The notes under the pieces: generated by a model
The model's database searches: none
The model's input: the letters and a program-made list of their open reading frames with translations, nothing else
What the model was told of the DNA's origin: nothing
Made by a program: the position numbers and the translations under genes
Part shown: in pieces, positions 49,226 through 62,052 of the stretch
Position numbering within the stretch: position 1 is the stretch's first letter
Layout of the letters: every line of letters begins with the position of its first letter
Assembly: GCF_018350175.1 (NCBI RefSeq)
Contig: NC_058368.1
Coordinates: forward strand, 190,342,001 to 190,406,000
DNA length: 64,000 bases
Direction: 5' to 3'
Source of the DNA: Felis catus
Lineage: Eukaryota

Positions 49226-52200
49226 TGGGCTAGGAATTCTTAATATGTGGTCCCAAGAATTCCAGGAAATTCAGTCACATGATGTATCCACAGAGCTACT
49301 GAAAATATAGGGAAAATTATGTGTTAAGATATGTGCATGTCTTTTTGGTACAGAAAGTCTAAAGGGGCCACTGAGTTTCAAAGAGTTCTGTGACCCATAA
49401 AAAGTTTAGAAGCTATTAGAGGAGGAGTAGATGGTCTCGAAGGTTCTCTCTGAGTCTCAAGACTTATGCTTCTTTGAATATTGATTGTTTCCCAGTAAGT
49501 GCTGCTGCACAGCTCTCCTTTGCCAGTTAAGTAGACTGCCTAGCAAGTCCTGTGGTGTGAAGGAGCTCCTAGAGAAAAAGGAAGTGTGCTCCGTGTGTTG
49601 CCAAGTTTTGCTTGGGGTGCACTCAAAAGGAAATATCTCTGACCAACTTCTCCATTCATGGAGAGAACTGGAGCTATGTTTTTCATAGAAGAAGCAGTGA
49701 CTTGTACACAAACTCTGTTTCCTGGTGGAAAGAAAGCACAGGGCTCCAGCAATCTATATTTATCGGCATCAAATCCTGTGATGGAAAGGCTGTGGTCCCT
49801 AAACTTCATTTCCAAGGTGGTGGTGACTAAGTTTGTCTTCTCTTACTCATTGCCTGCCCAGTGCCTGGCCCGGCTCTCCCACATAATAGAAATGTACTAA
49901 ATGCCTTTGGAACGAAAAACATAAGCAGAAAGGCAGTCTTCTGGAAAGACTTTTCCATTGCAGAACTTAGAGCTCTTCTTGGAGAACTCACAGACACTCC
50001 TAAGCTCTCAAATCTGTTCTAGTTCAAAGTGGTGTTTGCTTCTTAGCTCAGGCCTTTGAAAGTCTGTTACTCTCTTGTCTGTGTCCCCCTTTCTGCTGAG
50101 CCTCCTCAGTATATAAAGAATCAATGAGAAGGACCTGTTGCTGCCTGAAAACTACCCTTCCCCAGGTAATAACTAAATCGCTGTGATGCTGTATGCAGAA
50201 AATGTTGGTCACCAAGGATGTAAGCAGCCTGTTTATTTCCAGGAGTCTCTGGCAGTTTTGTTGTGTGAATTATAATGTTTGGGCTGCATTTAGATAGTTT
50301 TGGGAATCACTGGATTTCTACTGGGAGATATATAAGGGAGATCATTTCATAAAATTATAGGGAGCAACTCTCATACAAGATGAAGAATTAACTGTAACTG
50401 TTTTAAAGTTATGAAATTCTAGAGGGAAAGGACTTCAGACACATTTGAACCATATCACTGGTTCCCACCACCACACCCCTCCTGGAAAGAGATTCTTATC
50501 CTATTATTTAAAAATCTTTAAACGATGGTATGTATACAGGATGATTATTGCAACGGTGTTTGTAGGGGACTTTTTATGTCAATTGGGGAATAGTTGATTA
50601 TTGTAATCTCAACACACTGGTGCATTTAAGTGGTTTCACTTAAGAATTAAGTGGTTTCATCATTGAGCTGTTTTGCTAATTCAATGAATATTTAAGTGCT
50701 TACTATGTGTCAGGTACTCTCGTGCTGAGACCATAGAGAGAGACCAAACAGACATATCCCTGACCCTGTAGAACTTGTAGTTCATCTGACAGTAAGGAGG
50801 ATTCATTCCATTCATTCAGTTGGCAAACATTTATTGGCACCTACTATGTGCCAGGTACTGTTCTAGTCCCTAAAAACAGCAGTGAGTTAAACAGACGAAA
50901 TCCTGATTCTCGTGTAGCGTATGTTACTTACTTGTCAGAGAAGAATGCCATATTGCTAAGTAAAAAAAAAAAAAAAAAGTTCTAGAATAGTATATATTGT
51001 TGATGCTAATGTTTTCTTTTGCCTTAAAAAATCTAGAAGAATATTCCAAAATCAATATGGCTATCCCACAGGGGCAAATGGTCATGAGGCAGACTTCCAC
51101 TTTTTCCTTTTATGTGCTTGTAAAATTGTTTGAATTATTTCCTTTTATAATAAAAAAATTAGATTTAAACATTATAGCAATGTTTTTCTGTCTGCCCTCC
51201 TCATCATAGAAAGAAATGGAGACTAGGATAAGCTAAATTCAAGGTCAAGGCTGGCAGTAAGCCAGGACTGGAACCCTGGTTGTCAGAGTGGGATCTATTC
51301 TACACCAGTTATTTGGAAGGGGGAAGGTGGCAGAATGGGGAACAGAAATCTTCAAGGCTGCTCCAAAGGGCCCAGGAGGTCAATGGGTAACTTAATTAAA
51401 AACAATGTAATAAGACTGAACATGTGGCTTGCTCTTAGAAGCATCTTAGGATTTTTTTCTCCATAGCTCTTCCATAAGAGACCCCAGGACAAAAGGGGGC
51501 TCCCTGATCATTTTAGACTGAAAAAGTAAGGTCTTTCCATGTTTTGTCTGCATCACTTCTAGATTTGGAATTCCCAAGGCAGAAATTCCAAACAGTTCAA
51601 TCCCTCATTAGTTGATTTTCGGGTACCCCCCTCATGCCTATTCGTATTTTTCATTTCTCATTTAAGTATAAATTCAAAAACTTAAGCTGAACACAATTTT
51701 GTCTCCATTTTTTATTCAGAAAGTTTAGATCCTTCTGGAGAAAAGTATAGAGAGATGCCCCAGAGCTGCAGTGTTTAAGATTTTTCCACCACCTTTTTGT
51801 GGGACTCAGTTGCTAAGTGGGGAAAAAGAGAGGGGCCTCTGGACCATTTGGCTGAAAAGTTCTCAAGCCTGAGGAGGGCTCAGATTTTAGCCCATCTGCA
51901 GTGGAAAATTTGTGCAAAGGAGCAGTATGAGTCAGAAATGTTTCAGGCTTGTAGATCCTCTGTGTCTTTTTCTCAGTAATGGTGACTACAATGATAAAGG
52001 TCATTCCAAGTCACTCATTTACTCATGGTAGTGATTATCTTTTGTGAATTCTTGTTTGAATTCCTTCTGCTTATGTGAGTCTCCTTTTCCAGAGAAAGCA
52101 GTGAGGCTTTTTTTTTTTTATGATTGTTTAAGCTATTTATGTATGGTGGTGGTGGTAATGGGACGTCTGTCTAAATGTGCACATTATTTTAATGTAATTG

Positions 52201-53182
52201 TTTTGTGGGTGGGTCACTTTTGGAAAATATTTCATTATAGTTTTATATTCTGTACTTGCAACCTGTTTTATGGTAAGTTGATATGTCGTCCTTTGTAATT
52301 TCTACATTTTGTATTCATACTTTTTCATTCATTTAAACCTAGTTCATGTAAAATAGAAATACTTCTTACTCCAATGCAGTGTTTACCTTATTTTTGTCAG
52401 CTCTGAAATATCCATATTCTATATATCTATATCTGATCTGTTTTAAATTTTACTTGTGGTTGTGGTTTCATTTGCCATTACTGGCCCATTGCATGCTGAG
52501 TTTAGTTCTTGTTCAGAAAACACTTCAGTAAAAAGTAACAAATGTATAACAAATGTAAAAAGTAAAAAAATGTATAACAAATGTATAACAAATGTATAAA
52601 TAAAAACAAATTCCAACAAACTGTTGGAAGATTATTTCCAACAGTTTGGTTATATTGCAACAAATAGATTGTATATTATAATATATGTAACTATATTATA
52701 ATACAGATTTTTGATTCATTTCTCTATCCCAAAGTTCACCACTATGTCTTAGCAAAAATCTCTTGAACTTAGTATTAGCTGAATCTAAGGGTTGAAGTAG
52801 GAATTCAAGGGGGAGGGAGCTTTAAAATCTGCTCACTGTCTAGGTTTCCAGAAGGTTCTTGGGGGAGCAGTGCTTTTCATCATTCTCTCCAGCAACCTCC
52901 AACTTCAACAGAAATTCCTATTATGTAAACGGCAGCCAAATAGCTTGTAATCACCATGGGAAAAAAGCATTACCTGAACTAAATGGAATCTTAGGTAAAA
53001 ACTAAGACATATGACAGCTATCCTAGCTGCCTTACTTGAAGCAAATGAGTTTACGAGGGGCACTCTGGCTGGGACATACAATTTGGAGCTAATTACCTTA
53101 CAGTATATTGAGACTAAGTAAGAATCTCTATGAAGCAGAAGACACACATCTTGTTAGATTGCTTTTTTCCATTATTATTGTT

Positions 53183-53823
53183 ATTATTATTAATGTTTAT
53201 TATTTATTTCAGAGAGAGAGACAGACAGACAGACAGAGTGTGAGCAGGGGAGGGGCAGAGAGAGAGAGGGAGACACAGAATCCGAAGCAGGCTCCAGGCT
53301 CTGAGCTGTCAGCACAGAGCCTGACGCAGGGCTCGAACTCACAAACTGCGAGATTATGACCTGAGCCAAAGTCAGACACTCAACTGACTGAGCCACTCAG
53401 GCACCTGATGTTTATTCATTTTTGAGAGAGAAAGAGACAGAGTGTGAGTGGGGAAGGGGCAAAGAGAGAGGAGACACAGAATGTGAAACAGGCTCCAGGT
53501 TCTGAGCTGTCATCACAGAGTCCCACACGGGTCTTGAACTCATGAACTGTGAGATCATGACCTGAGCTGACGTCAGATGTTTAACTAATTGAGCCACCCA
53601 GGCACCCCTATTATTTTTTTTTAATGTTTATTTTTGAGAGAAAGAGACAGACAGAGCATGAGTGGGGGAAGGGCAGAGAGAGAGACACACATAGAATCCG
53701 AAGCAGGCTCCAGGCTCTGAGCTGTCAGCACAGAGCCAGATGTGGGGCTTCAACTCACAAAGGGTGAGATCATGACCTGAGCCAAAGTTGGACGCTCAAC
53801 TGACTGAGCCACCCAGGCGCCCC
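53183..53823 (-). mobile_element. Cluster of three nested/tandem CAN-SINEs
   Basis: Three antisense bodies ending ~53406, 53608 and 53823; outer TSD tcc(a/c)ttattattgtt. Confidence 0.92.
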
Positions 53824-54176
53824 TCCCTTATTATTGTTTTTTATCTTTTTATTTTGAAATACTTTAAGATTTACAGAAAAACTGCAACGATAATACAGGG
53901 TTCCTGTAGTCACCAGTTTCTGCTAATGTTAACAACTTACATAACCATGGTACGTTTGTCCAGACCAAGACATTAACATGGTAAAATACTGTTAACTACA
54001 GACTTTGCTTGTTATTCAGTTATTGATTTTTACTATTTGAAGTTAAATTCTTTTTGAAAAATATAATAGAGTTTAGGTTAAAGGTGAATGTCCCTATTCC
54101 CTGTCCTCCTTATCCAAATTTCTCCCCAATCTCATTCCCCAGGAATAATCAGTGTTTTTGCTTCATTCTTTTCCAC

Positions 54177-54493
54177 CAGCACCATCTAGTAGAAATGCAA
54201 TGAAAGATATACAGGTAATTTAAAATTTTCTACTAGCCACATTTACAAAATAAGAAGAAACAGGTGAAATTAATTTTTAATAGATTTTTTTAAGCCCAGT
54301 CATTTAAAGTATTGTCATTTTAATGTAGAATAAATATAAACATGATTAATGAGTTCCTTCCCCCCCCCCCCCACCATTTTATGCTTCAAAATCTAGTGAG
54401 TGTTTTATATTTAGAGCACATCTCAATTCTGACTAGTCACATTTTAAGTGCTCTTTAGCCACATGTGGCCAGTATCTACAGTACTGGTACAGG
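54177..54493 (+). mobile_element. MER33-like DNA transposon
   Basis: taatttaaaattttctactagccacattt..., agcacatctcaatt..gactagtcacatttt. Confidence 0.7.
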
Positions 54494-57400
54494 TCTGGAC
54501 CATTTCCTATTCTCTCTCATACACACACCAAGACGTACATTGTAATTTAGTTTTCCCACTATTCGTAGAAGGCCATCTGTCCATGTCAGATTACATGGGA
54601 CAACAACGTTCACTTAGATAACTGAGTAGTATTAAGTAGAACACATGTGCATAATCTATTAAATCACTTCCCTATGCATCTATATTTAGGGCCTTTTTTT
54701 TTTTTTCCATTTCAAACAAGGCTGCAAGGAACATTCTTCATACAAAAACCTATGTGTATTTATGCAGTTTCAAGGCATAGAATTCTAGATATGGAATTGT
54801 AGGATCAAAAGATGTGGTTGTGTTTCAAGTATTATGATTATATTTTTAAATAGATATGCCAGTCATCACATTGCTAAATGTATATTATCTTTCTCAAGGC
54901 AGTCATTTTAGAAAACTATTTACTCCAACAACGTTCCTTTATCTCAAAGTAATTTTTGTTTTTTTGGAATTTGACTTAAGAACCAGTTTAAGCTAAAAAT
55001 ACATAGGTCATGTGACTCTCATAGGCCTTGCTCCTTTGTAATCACAGTTGTTATTTATTTACTCATTAATTCCCTTCCTTCCTTCCTCCCTCCCTCCCTC
55101 CCTCCCTTCCTTCCTTCCTTCCTTCCATCCATGCACCCACTCGTCCATCTAAGGAATACCCTCCTATTGGTACCCCCCATTTCACTTTTGCTCTCCTCAG
55201 AATCCATTCTCCTTACACAGCAGCCAAAGCAGTTTCTTTTTCTTTTTTAAAGTCATCAACCAGGTTCAATTGCTTTGTTATTTAAAACTTTTCAACAACT
55301 TCCCACGGGACTGGATTTTGTCTGACTTCCCCAACGTTTTCTTATTCACTCTATTTCAGCCATGCTGCTCTCCTTTCTGATTCCAGAACAAATTAAGTTC
55401 TTCCTGGTTCTGGTACCTTTTTCGATGGAGCTGATCTGTCTGTTTGGGGTATTCTCGCAGACCATTTGCAGAGCTGACTTTTTAATTTTTTGTGGGTTAA
55501 GTGTCATGAGTGTCCCTGACCACCCACTCTGAAGTACCAACCTGCCTAGCTTTAGTCGAGTATATTTCCTGCATAGTTTATTTGAGTTGGAAATTCTATT
55601 TATTTGCTTTTATTTCCATGTGATTTTCCTTCTCCAATACCCAACTATAAAGTACTCTACTCTTCATTTCATATCCCAGATGCCTAGTACAATACTTGGC
55701 TCAGAGTGGATACTAAATAAGAATTTGTCGACTGACAGACTGAATATATGCCTGTTATATGCAAACTCAAGCCATGATACAGGTACCATAGAAACACAGA
55801 TTTGTAAGTATTTTTCCATCAGGAAAGCCTCATAGCCAAGCAACTGACTACAATAAAAGATAGTAAGCATATAGTAGACCTGCATACTAGATTCCAAATA
55901 GTACAGAAAAGCATTTTTTGGTGCTGTCTTCGTTTGTTTCCTCTTTGCTGGGAATACTATTCCTTGTCTTTGTCGCTTCCTTAATTTAACTCTATAAAAT
56001 TCTAAATGACTCTCATAGAATAAAGATGGCCTGGCACATGGCAGGTGCTCAATAAATATTAATTGGGTGAATGCATGAAGTGGTACAGGTGTCATAGAGT
56101 CTAACAGCAGACCCCCAACTAAACACATAGTGACTTGATGTATTTTTTATTTTGCAGAAAAAAGCATGTGCCTTACAGTATAATAAGCACTTTCATATTA
56201 ATTAAAACATTATTTCATAATCGGCCATCTTTCTAGGTGCTTGGTGATGTCTGAATGTGGCTTGAGGCAAGTTCAGCTACTTTTTTTTTTTTCCATCTGG
56301 GATTAGGAAAAAGGTGGTTGTAATTAGGTTGTGAAAAATATAGCAGAATGTACAAGACCTCTGCTTTTGTAAGAACATGTTGTTTGAGGACTTGCCTGGT
56401 TTTCTTATTTTTTTCTTTAGTTAAAACATTTTACATACATTATATAAACAGTACATGGTACATTCTTGTTTTAAGATACTGAAATGATACAAACATATTC
56501 TTAAACTGAAAGGCCCCCTTGCCTCTGCTTGTCCCCCTACCAGAGAGGACATTCTGAAGGTGTTGGATGGGTATTCCCAACCCCTTTGCCATGACTTTGC
56601 CATGTAGATACGCATGCATGCAAGTTTGTTGTTGTCATTTTATCATGGGGATTTTACAAAATGGGTTTCTATAAAATAGATTGTTGTGTAAATTTTTTTT
56701 TCATTTAGCATTTCTTGGAAACAGTTCCCAACAAAATTTTGACACTCTCTCAAAGTATATCATTAATAAGCAGAGGGTTTTATCGACACTGTTTAAAGTC
56801 TCAATCCCCACCACCAACGCAGTGCCTGCCAAGGGTTTTGATCGAACTCAGTGTATATTTTATCTCAGTGCTACCAGCACACACAGGCAGTTTAACCAGG
56901 TGTGCAAGTCGTGCAATAGTCTTGGTTTGGGAGAATAGAATCCTTTAGAAAACTACCCTAACCCTATCTGATAAAAGCCCAATGCCATCAAGTGTCTTTG
57001 ACTCCCCTTCTTTCCTAAATGGATGTGGATGAAATGTATCACAATCATGTGATAATGAAGAAAGTTACAGGTTAAAACTGAAAAGTTTTAATCCAAAAAC
57101 ACATCTGTGATGCCATTGTTTTTAAGTAGGCAACCTTGTTTTAGTTTCAGGGGGAAAAGAAAAGGACCCATAGTCTCTTAATTTCTTGGGGAAACATTCT
57201 GCTTTATACAAATAGTGCCCTCTAGCTGTGTGAGCCGGGGCTTGGCTTGCATCCAGCTTTCTGACATCCTTGTCATACACAACTTTAAAACTCTGGGTCT
57301 CAATCGACATGTAATTATAAATTCTACTGGAGCATAGTATAGCTCTACCACTTTCTTATTAAAGGTGACAGCTTGTCTTCCTAAACTTCCAAGGGCAGAG

Positions 57401-57713
57401 ATTGCAGATTTGCTTTATGTGATTCGAATGTTCCATGTTTAGCATGGGGTACTCAATAAAGACTTGGTGAGATAACATTTGTTGAGTGATAAGAATAGTA
57501 GAGTAGGTGAAGCTGGCTTTCACTTCTGCATCTGTCCTGAGTGACGTGTACAGGTCCCACACTCTTCCTCTTTTTCTTCTTTGCTTTATTTCTCTATAAA
57601 TTGAGAGGTTTGGCCCCTGTTTAAGGTCCCATCATGTGTAAGCAGTATCAAAGTCTATATGACTTTTCAGGCTTGGAGCCTTACCTAAAATCAAGATCTG
57701 TGCTGAATCTTTT

Positions 57714-57929
57714 ATTTTTATTTTTTAATGTTTATGTATTTCTGAGAGAGAGAGAGAGAGAGAGAAAGCAGGGAAAGAGCAGAGAGAGAGGGAGACACAG
57801 AATCTGAAGCAGGCTCCAGGCTGTGAGCTGTCAGCACAGAGCCCAATGTGGGGCTCAAATTCATGAACCATGAGATCATGACCTGAGCTGAAGTCAGATG
57901 CTTAAATGACTGAGCCACCTAGGTGCCCC
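57714..57929 (-). mobile_element. CAN-SINE
   Basis: TSD tgtg(c/a)tgaatctttt. Confidence 0.93.
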
Positions 57930-58736
57930 TGTGATGAATCTTTTAAAAACATCCCAGCAGAGAACAAAAACAGCTGAGTTCCAGCTCACTAACATCTCCT
58001 TATAATCTATTTCAGTTAGTAAATAGACCAAATCCAGCAAAAAAGATTGTCAGACTGGAGAAGTTTGACTTTCAAAGAGACCTGCCACTATTCTTAATGT
58101 AAGGGTGTGGCAAAGAGATGAATGGATGCTGGGAGAATGTTGTCTGTACCCATAAAAACCTTTGAGGGAGGATTAGTAACAACATCAGGGGAGCTGGAAA
58201 ACTACCTCTTAACTTGTCTGAATGTAAGTCCTCTAGAAACCAGAAGTATCACATGGGGTATTAGGACAGTGATGACTGAGCCAACAGGAATTAGGGGAAA
58301 CTTGCATAAAACTGGACAAATATTTGGAGCTTTGGGGAGGTAGATTCTTAGTTAAATAGGATCATGGACTTGTATGTCTGAGTTGTTTACACATTTCCTG
58401 CACAATGTCAGCCAGAAAAAGAGTGTACCTTTGGAGGAAGCCATATTTATTTAAGCTTGTTTGAAAACTGTGTGACCTTAGAGTCAACACATATTTTTGC
58501 CGAGCCTCTCCTTGTCTGTGAAATGGATATGATATGATATTATGAAAATGGGAGTATGTGTGTCTAGAGCATTGTTATGTTAAGCCTTTGGCTTCTTGAC
58601 TTCTGTGATTTGTAAAATAAAAATACTTGTAAATTGTAAAAGATAACTAGTTGTGTAAGTGTAATGTTCATAAAGGAGGAGCTTAGTATTGGCTTCGGAC
58701 TTTTGCAGGTTTCGTGATGGTCTCTCCTGGGATTAT

Positions 58737-58840
58737 GGGGCACCTGGCTGGCTCTGTTGGTAGAGTACGCAACTCTTAATCTTGGGGTTGCAAGTTTGAC
58801 CCCCATGTTGGGTGTGATATTACTTAAAAATAAAAAAGAA
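58737..58840 (+). mobile_element. Short tRNA-derived carnivore SINE (no CT tract)
   Basis: ggggcacctggctggctc...gtagag...tcttggggttgcaagtttgacccc plus A tail. Confidence 0.75.
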
Positions 58841-59035
58841 GTTATTGGGGTTACAAAGGTTAGCAGGTAAAAATGGTTTAATTTGGTTGGGGTTTTGTGA
58901 GGCTTGGGGTGGAAGGGTGTGCTCACTTGGAGAAGGGGGGGAAGGTGGAGAAGGTGGGCAGTTTTCAGAGTCTGGACTTTGGCATTGGGAAGCCATTGAA
59001 TACTTTTATGGTAGAAGAGATACTTGATTAGATTA

Positions 59036-59244
59036 TTTTTTGAAATATTTATTTTTTATTTTGAAAGAGAGAGAGCATGCACAAACAAGGGAGGGGCAGA
59101 AATAGGGAGAAAGAGAGGATCCCAAGCAGACTCCACCCTGTCAAGCACAGGGGTGGACATTGTGCTCTATCCCATGAACGATGAGATCAGGACCTGAGCC
59201 GAAATCAAGAGCTGGACGCTCAACCAACTGAGCGACCCAGCCCC
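59036..59244 (-). mobile_element. CAN-SINE (older)
   Basis: TSD tgattag(a/g)ttattt. Confidence 0.85.
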
Positions 59245-60135
59245 TGATTAGGTTATTTAGAGAGAGATGTGGGAGGAGATTAAAAAAAAAAAAAAAAAAG
59301 GCCATACTCCACTGTGGAGTCTCCTATTCCTCCCCCGTAGCCTGTGCCTGCAGGTATCTGGAGAATAGCACCAGCCTCTTGGGCTGCTCTCACTTTCATG
59401 ACCCCTACCTTCAGTGGCACTTTAATGCTGCCTGATGGTCCTACGTTAGTCCCATTTTCTCTTGCTGATGTGCTCCCCTGGTCATGTCTAAAACAAAATC
59501 CCCTAATTAGGCACTGGATTTTATTCCTCCATTACTCCACAAATCTTTCCTCTCTTAAATCAATTTTTATTTCTCCTCTGGATCATCTCCGGATCATACA
59601 AACATACTGCTATTTTGATCATCTTAAAAAATCTTTCTCTTGACCCTACTCTCCAACTCCATTTCCCATTTATTTTTCCCTATAAAACTCCTTTGAAGAG
59701 TGCCTGTCTCCAATTTCTCTCTTGATTTTCCCTTTCTTTGTAAACATTTCTTTCTGAAGTGTAATGTACATAGGGAAAGTAAATAATCACTTAAGTACTC
59801 TTCACCACAACTGCTTTTGTCAAGGTCATTAGGTTGAACAGTCCTTTAGACAAATCTCATTCCTTGCCTTTGCAACATTTGATTCATGATGATCGCCTCT
59901 TCAGTGGACAAATTTGTTTTACGTGACTTCCAGAATCCCATTTACTTTTTTCTTTTCCTCTTACCTCCTTGGTCTGCTTCTGTTTGTGTGCTGGCATCTC
60001 TTCTATTTCAACCATCTGTGGGATGCCCCTGAGCCTAGTCCTTAGCCACAAGCATTCCTTTTGATTGAATATCTCTAGGTTCATGATTTGAAAATACCAT
60101 TTCTATACCAGTGACTCCCAAATATTTATCTTTGT

Positions 60136-60375
60136 TTTAAAATTTTTTTAAATGTTTATTCATTTGTGAGAGACAGAGAGAGAGAGAGAGACAGACTGAC
60201 AGACAGAGCACAAGCAGGGGAAGAGCAGAGAGAGAGGAAGACACAGAATCTGAAACAGGCTCTAGGCTCCGAGCTGTTAGCATAGATCCCGATGCGGGGT
60301 TCGAACCCACCATCCATGAGATCATGACGGGAGCTGAAGTCAGACGCTTAACTGACTGAGCCACCCCGGCACCCC
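60136..60375 (-). mobile_element. CAN-SINE
   Basis: TSD aaata(t/c)ttatcttt. Confidence 0.92.
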
Positions 60376-61161
60376 CAAATACTTATCTTTATTCTAGATC
60401 TCTCTCCTAAACTTCAACAGCCTCCACCTGAAACCCAACACTTTCAAAATCCAGACTATTTCCTCCCAAATCTGTGTCACATGCAGCTTCCCTATCTCAG
60501 GTGGTGGCACTTCCAGTTCTTCCAGTTGTTTCAGGCCAAAATCCCCTGGAGTCATGTTTAAGCTCCTGCACCTCATATCCTGTAGAAAATACTGGTTGCT
60601 CTACTGTGTAAACATCCAGAGCCTGAACTGCCCACTATCATCCCTTCCCGTCTTCTGACATACTGCACTCCTGACAGGTCTTCATGCTTCTCAACCCAGC
60701 AACTACAGAGTCCTTATCAAAGGTAAGCCTGGTCTTGTCACTTCTATGCACCTACAGTGGTGCTCCTTCTCGGGTAGAGTACGCAGCTGGGAATTCATGT
60801 CTGGTCCCTGAACAGTGTTGCCCATTGAACCTTAACCCTCAACTTGAGATGTATCTTTCAAGGGGTCACAAATTTGGCACTAAAGAGTAGTGATTCATGG
60901 AGGTTATGTAGGTCAAATTAAACAAACAAACAAACAAACAAACAAACCACTATGCTGTTTGGGAGCCTTTAGGACACAATAGAGGCTGTCATAGGAGATG
61001 GACTTGCTAGAAAATTCAGTCCTACAAAATTATACTTAATCAACATCTCAGAGCCTTGGTTTTATGTCCCTGTTCTGGCTCTTGCTCATTATTTATTCCA
61101 CTTAAAACACCCTCTGCTCCTTCCCCCATTTTCCAATGATGAATCTCACATGTCACTTTTT

Positions 61162-61380
61162 TTTTTTATTTTTTTTTCAACGTTTATTTATTTTTGGGAC
61201 AGAGAGAGACAGAGCATGAACGGGGGAGGGGCAGAGAGAGAGGGAGACATAGAATCGGAAACAGGCTCCAGGCTCTGAGCCATCAGCCCAGAGCCTGACA
61301 CGGGGCTCGAACTCCAGGACCGCGAGATCGTGACCTGGCTGAAGTCGGACGCTTAACCGACTGCACCACCCAGGCGCCCC
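61162..61380 (-). mobile_element. Young feline CAN-SINE
   Basis: TSD tcacatgtcacttttt. Confidence 0.95.
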
Positions 61381-61513
61381 TCACATGTCACTTTTTTAAG
61401 GGATTTTTCTGTCACTCCCTGCATCACCTCCCCACCCTCCCCTGTCAATGAATGATCTCCCTCCATACCTTCATGCTTCCATTACTTTATTTAATCAATG
61501 CTAATTGGCTCCC

Positions 61514-62052
61514 TGTGGGGGGCTGGGCCCCGGTGCCAGGCTGAGACCGGGTAGAGCAACGTTCCCTGTTGACTCAAGCCAACCCGGTGGTTCCCCCTCC
61601 CATTCCCCCACTTTCAAGGGCATACGAAAGCCTTGTCAAGGCTGAAAAAGTTAATTCCTGAAGGCTGTGGTCTGCAGGTGTTGGCAGTAATGCTACCTCC
61701 CTTTTTCTTACCTCCCTTTTTCTACCCCGAGTCAGATAGAAACAAACATGGGAACTGTGTTTTGCTAGCAATCTATCAACAAGGTCTTGTGACCCGTTCA
61801 CAAGGTTCACAAGGTATACAGAACTAAATGTTTTGGCTGGCAGTGATCATGTGAAACCTGTTTATTCTTAGAATGACCCGATCCATAAGAGTCTTATATT
61901 ATAAAAGATTGTGTATAGCAACAATAAAGCCGTCACTTGGGCCATCAGCCCAGGGGACCCTCCTGTTCCCAAACTTTCTCTTCTCTCTTTTTTTCTTGCA
62001 TTCCCCTACCCTCAGGACCCTGACCTCGGTGTTTGTCGCGTGGGTCACGACA
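61514..62052 (+). mobile_element. Intact ERV solo LTR (539 bp)
   Basis: TGT...ACA termini; perfect 5-bp TSD CTCCC (61509-61513, 62053-62057); TATAAAA 61900-61906; AATAAA 61923-61928; AP-1 TGACTCA 61570-61576. Confidence 0.8.

Noticed and set aside
58737..58815. Possible tRNA gene
   Set aside because: Degenerate tRNA-like head followed by an A-rich tail, i.e. a SINE; no convincing cloverleaf
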